A stretch of DNA of 20,000 bases. Origin: an uncultured virus (IMG/VR IMGVR_UViG_2061766007_000736). Lineage: Duplodnaviria; Heunggongvirae; Uroviricota; Caudoviricetes. This document shows positions 18,143-20,000 of the stretch, piece after piece. Made by a program: the position numbers and the translations under genes. A model generated the notes under the pieces. The model saw nothing but the letters and a program-made list of their open reading frames with translations. It was not told the origin of the DNA and did no database searches. The stretch lies in the IMG/VR virus record IMGVR_UViG_2061766007_000736, one strand, 5' to 3'. Position 1 is the stretch's first letter. The number at the start of each line of letters is the position of its first letter.

Positions 18143-19945
18143 CAAACAAAAATTTTTCAACAATTTAGCAAATTTTATATAATAGAGGGATAGCGCAAGA
18201 TGATATTCTGCATTATGTAAATCTATCTGACCAGGATATTAATTCTCCATTGTTATTAGGAAAGTAGAATTTAAAAAATGGAACAATAGCTTTATCAACT
18301 GCCATAGGTTTGCAACGGGATGCTCTAGTTGTCGTAGATTGCGATTGTGATGGATATACATCTGCCGCACTTCTAATCAATTACTTATATAAAATTTTTC
18401 CCACATGGGTAGAAAATCATTTAACTTGGTATATGCACAATGGCNNNNNNNNNNNNNNNNNTTGATTTTATTATGAATAAAAACCCAGGTTTAGTAATCT
18501 GCCCAGACTCAAGCAGTAATGATTATGATTATCATAAAAGGTTAGCAGATAAAGATATTTCAGTTTTAGTTTTAGACCATCACTTAGCAGACCATATTAG
18601 TGAATATGCAATAGTTATTAATAATCAACTATCTGATTATCCTAATAAAGAGCTTTCTGGAGTTGGAGTAGTATGGCAATTTTGTCGATACCTTGATTCT
18701 TGTTTAGGCTTAAATTATGCAAATGATTTTCTTGACCTTGTTGCTCTTGGAAATTGCGGAGATATGATGTCATTACGGTCTTTTGAAACTCGTTATCTAA
18801 TTACTAAAGGATTTAAAAAAGAAAATATTAAAAATCCTTTTATCGACTATATGATTGATAAAAACTCTTTTCCTTTATCAAAAGCAGATTATGTTCCTGC
18901 AGATTCCAGTATGGAATGTACATCAATGGGCGCCGCCTTCTTTATTGTTCCTTTTGTTAATGCTATAACAAGAAGTGGTACATTAGAATAGAAATATTTA
19001 CTTTTTAATTCTATGTTAAATCACAAAGCATTTTAGGAAGTTTTATCAAACAAAAGAGGTCACAAACTTGGTTAGAAAGAAAAATTAATTTTACAAGCAA
19101 TTAGAACTGCCACAAATGTTAAAAATAGACAGACAAGAGCAGAAGATGCTGGATTAGATATGTTAGAAAAAATGATTGAAACTAATCATATGCTTGACCA
19201 TAAAATTCTTCTATTTTTATTAGAACCTGGTCAAATAAATCCTGAAATTCGTGGTTTAATTGCAAATAAATTTATGGCAAAATATCAAAGACCCTGTTGT
19301 TTATTAACGCGTACAACAATAAAGAGAGATGTCCTTATCCAACTTATTTGCTGTGAACATAAAGAACTTCCTAAATTTTTTTAGACATCAGAAACAAAAG
19401 AAGTTATCGCTTATTAGGGGTCAATGCGAGGATACACAAAAACTGGAATTAATAGTTTTAAAGAAGTGCTTGAACAATGTCCAGGAGTTTTGTATGTATA
19501 GGGACATGATAATGCGGCGGGGCTTGGTATAGAAGCAAATTATATAAATGATTTTCTTTATAAGATTGATTAGCTTCTCAAAGACGTTCCTGTTGACCCT
19601 ATTTATCGAATAGATTATGATTTTAAAGAAACTGATAATAATAATCAACGAATTTTAGATATTGCTAATATGAATGATTATTGGGGCCAAGACGTTGACC
19701 GAGCATATGTAAATATTAATTTTAAAATTACAAATTCCAATTTTCAGATTATGAAAAGTAATACTTTAAAATTTAATTTACCAAATGGACTGTCTATTAT
19801 AAAGTTTGGTGGAACANNNNNNNNNNNNNNNNNNNNNNNNNNNNNNNNNNNNNNNNNNNNNNNNNNNNNNNNNNNNNGTCGAATCTATCCACAACTTATT
19901 ATGTAGGATTATGAAATTATAGATTCATCTAAATATTTCTTTTAA
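18143..19945 (+). CDS. recJ: RecJ-like DHH-family ssDNA exonuclease (start in gap; 10 in-frame TAGs)
   Basis: ILYNRGI, VDCDCDGYTS, ICPD, VLDHH, LSGVGVVW, DLVALG..GDMM, GLIANK, GSMRG, GHDNAAG. TAGs at 18166, 18265, 18989, 19034, 19073, 19382, 19415, 19499, 19571, 19904; ends TAA at 19943-19945. Confidence 0.92.
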
Positions 19946-20000
19946 CTGCTCAGTGCGCAGGTGGTCGATATCTTGAAACGAAAAATGCGTTTGGATTTTT

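Noticed and set aside
16664..18193. 509 aa primase, and similarly 847 aa GyrA and other ORFs running through N gaps
   Set aside because: Lengths are artefacts of translating Ns; sequence after the gaps belongs to other genes, including recJ in a different frame.
6827..18461. Apparent frameshifts in the GIY-YIG, LAGLIDADG and recJ genes
   Set aside because: Each coincides with an N gap of inexact length, so it is no evidence for programmed frameshifting.
19329..19532. 67 aa plus-strand ORF
   Set aside because: Alternative frame overlapping the recJ DHHA1 region, which is open once TAG is read as sense.
1455..19648. Minus-strand ORFs in the track
   Set aside because: All are short antisense shadows of supported plus-strand genes or runs of N, with no recognisable motifs.
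4511..19945. Pseudogene explanation for the fragmented ORFs
   Set aside because: Every interruption is TAG, never TAA/TGA; frames shift only at N gaps; catalytic motifs are intact.
1..20000. tRNA (including a suppressor tRNA), rRNA or CRISPR array
   Set aside because: No cloverleaf or regularly spaced repeats seen in the sequenced bases; the N gaps cannot be assessed.

Overview
AT-rich, all-plus-strand DNA replication/recombination module of a large phage, probably with a low-GC Gram-positive host given the consensus sigmaA-type promoters and GGAG ribosome-binding sites. It encodes a GyrA/ParC-type topoisomerase, NAD+-dependent ligase, ThyX-like protein, SSB-like protein, AAA_24/Sak4-like ATPase, DnaB-like helicase, DnaG-like primase and RecJ-like exonuclease. 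The standard-code ORF track misleads because TAG is read as a sense codon. I count 48 in-frame TAGs in nine otherwise intact genes, and every gene end I can see is TAA or TGA. TAG use is strongly bimodal: none in the sequenced parts of gyrA, ligase, SSB, helicase and primase, but dense in nucleases, thyX and recJ. Many TAGs sit where Glu is expected. Other highlights: (i) a LAGLIDADG-encoding group I-like intron that splits the ATPase Walker A, with a perfect 10-nt guide but a non-canonical G-C 5' splice site and a variant P7; (ii) ligA split into two separately initiated genes by a free-standing endonuclease; (iii) three paralogous Zn-repeat/EYDGxQH endonucleases; (iv) a membrane-anchored coiled-coil GIY-YIG nuclease. 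Several N gaps, some of inexact length, limit gene-end calls.
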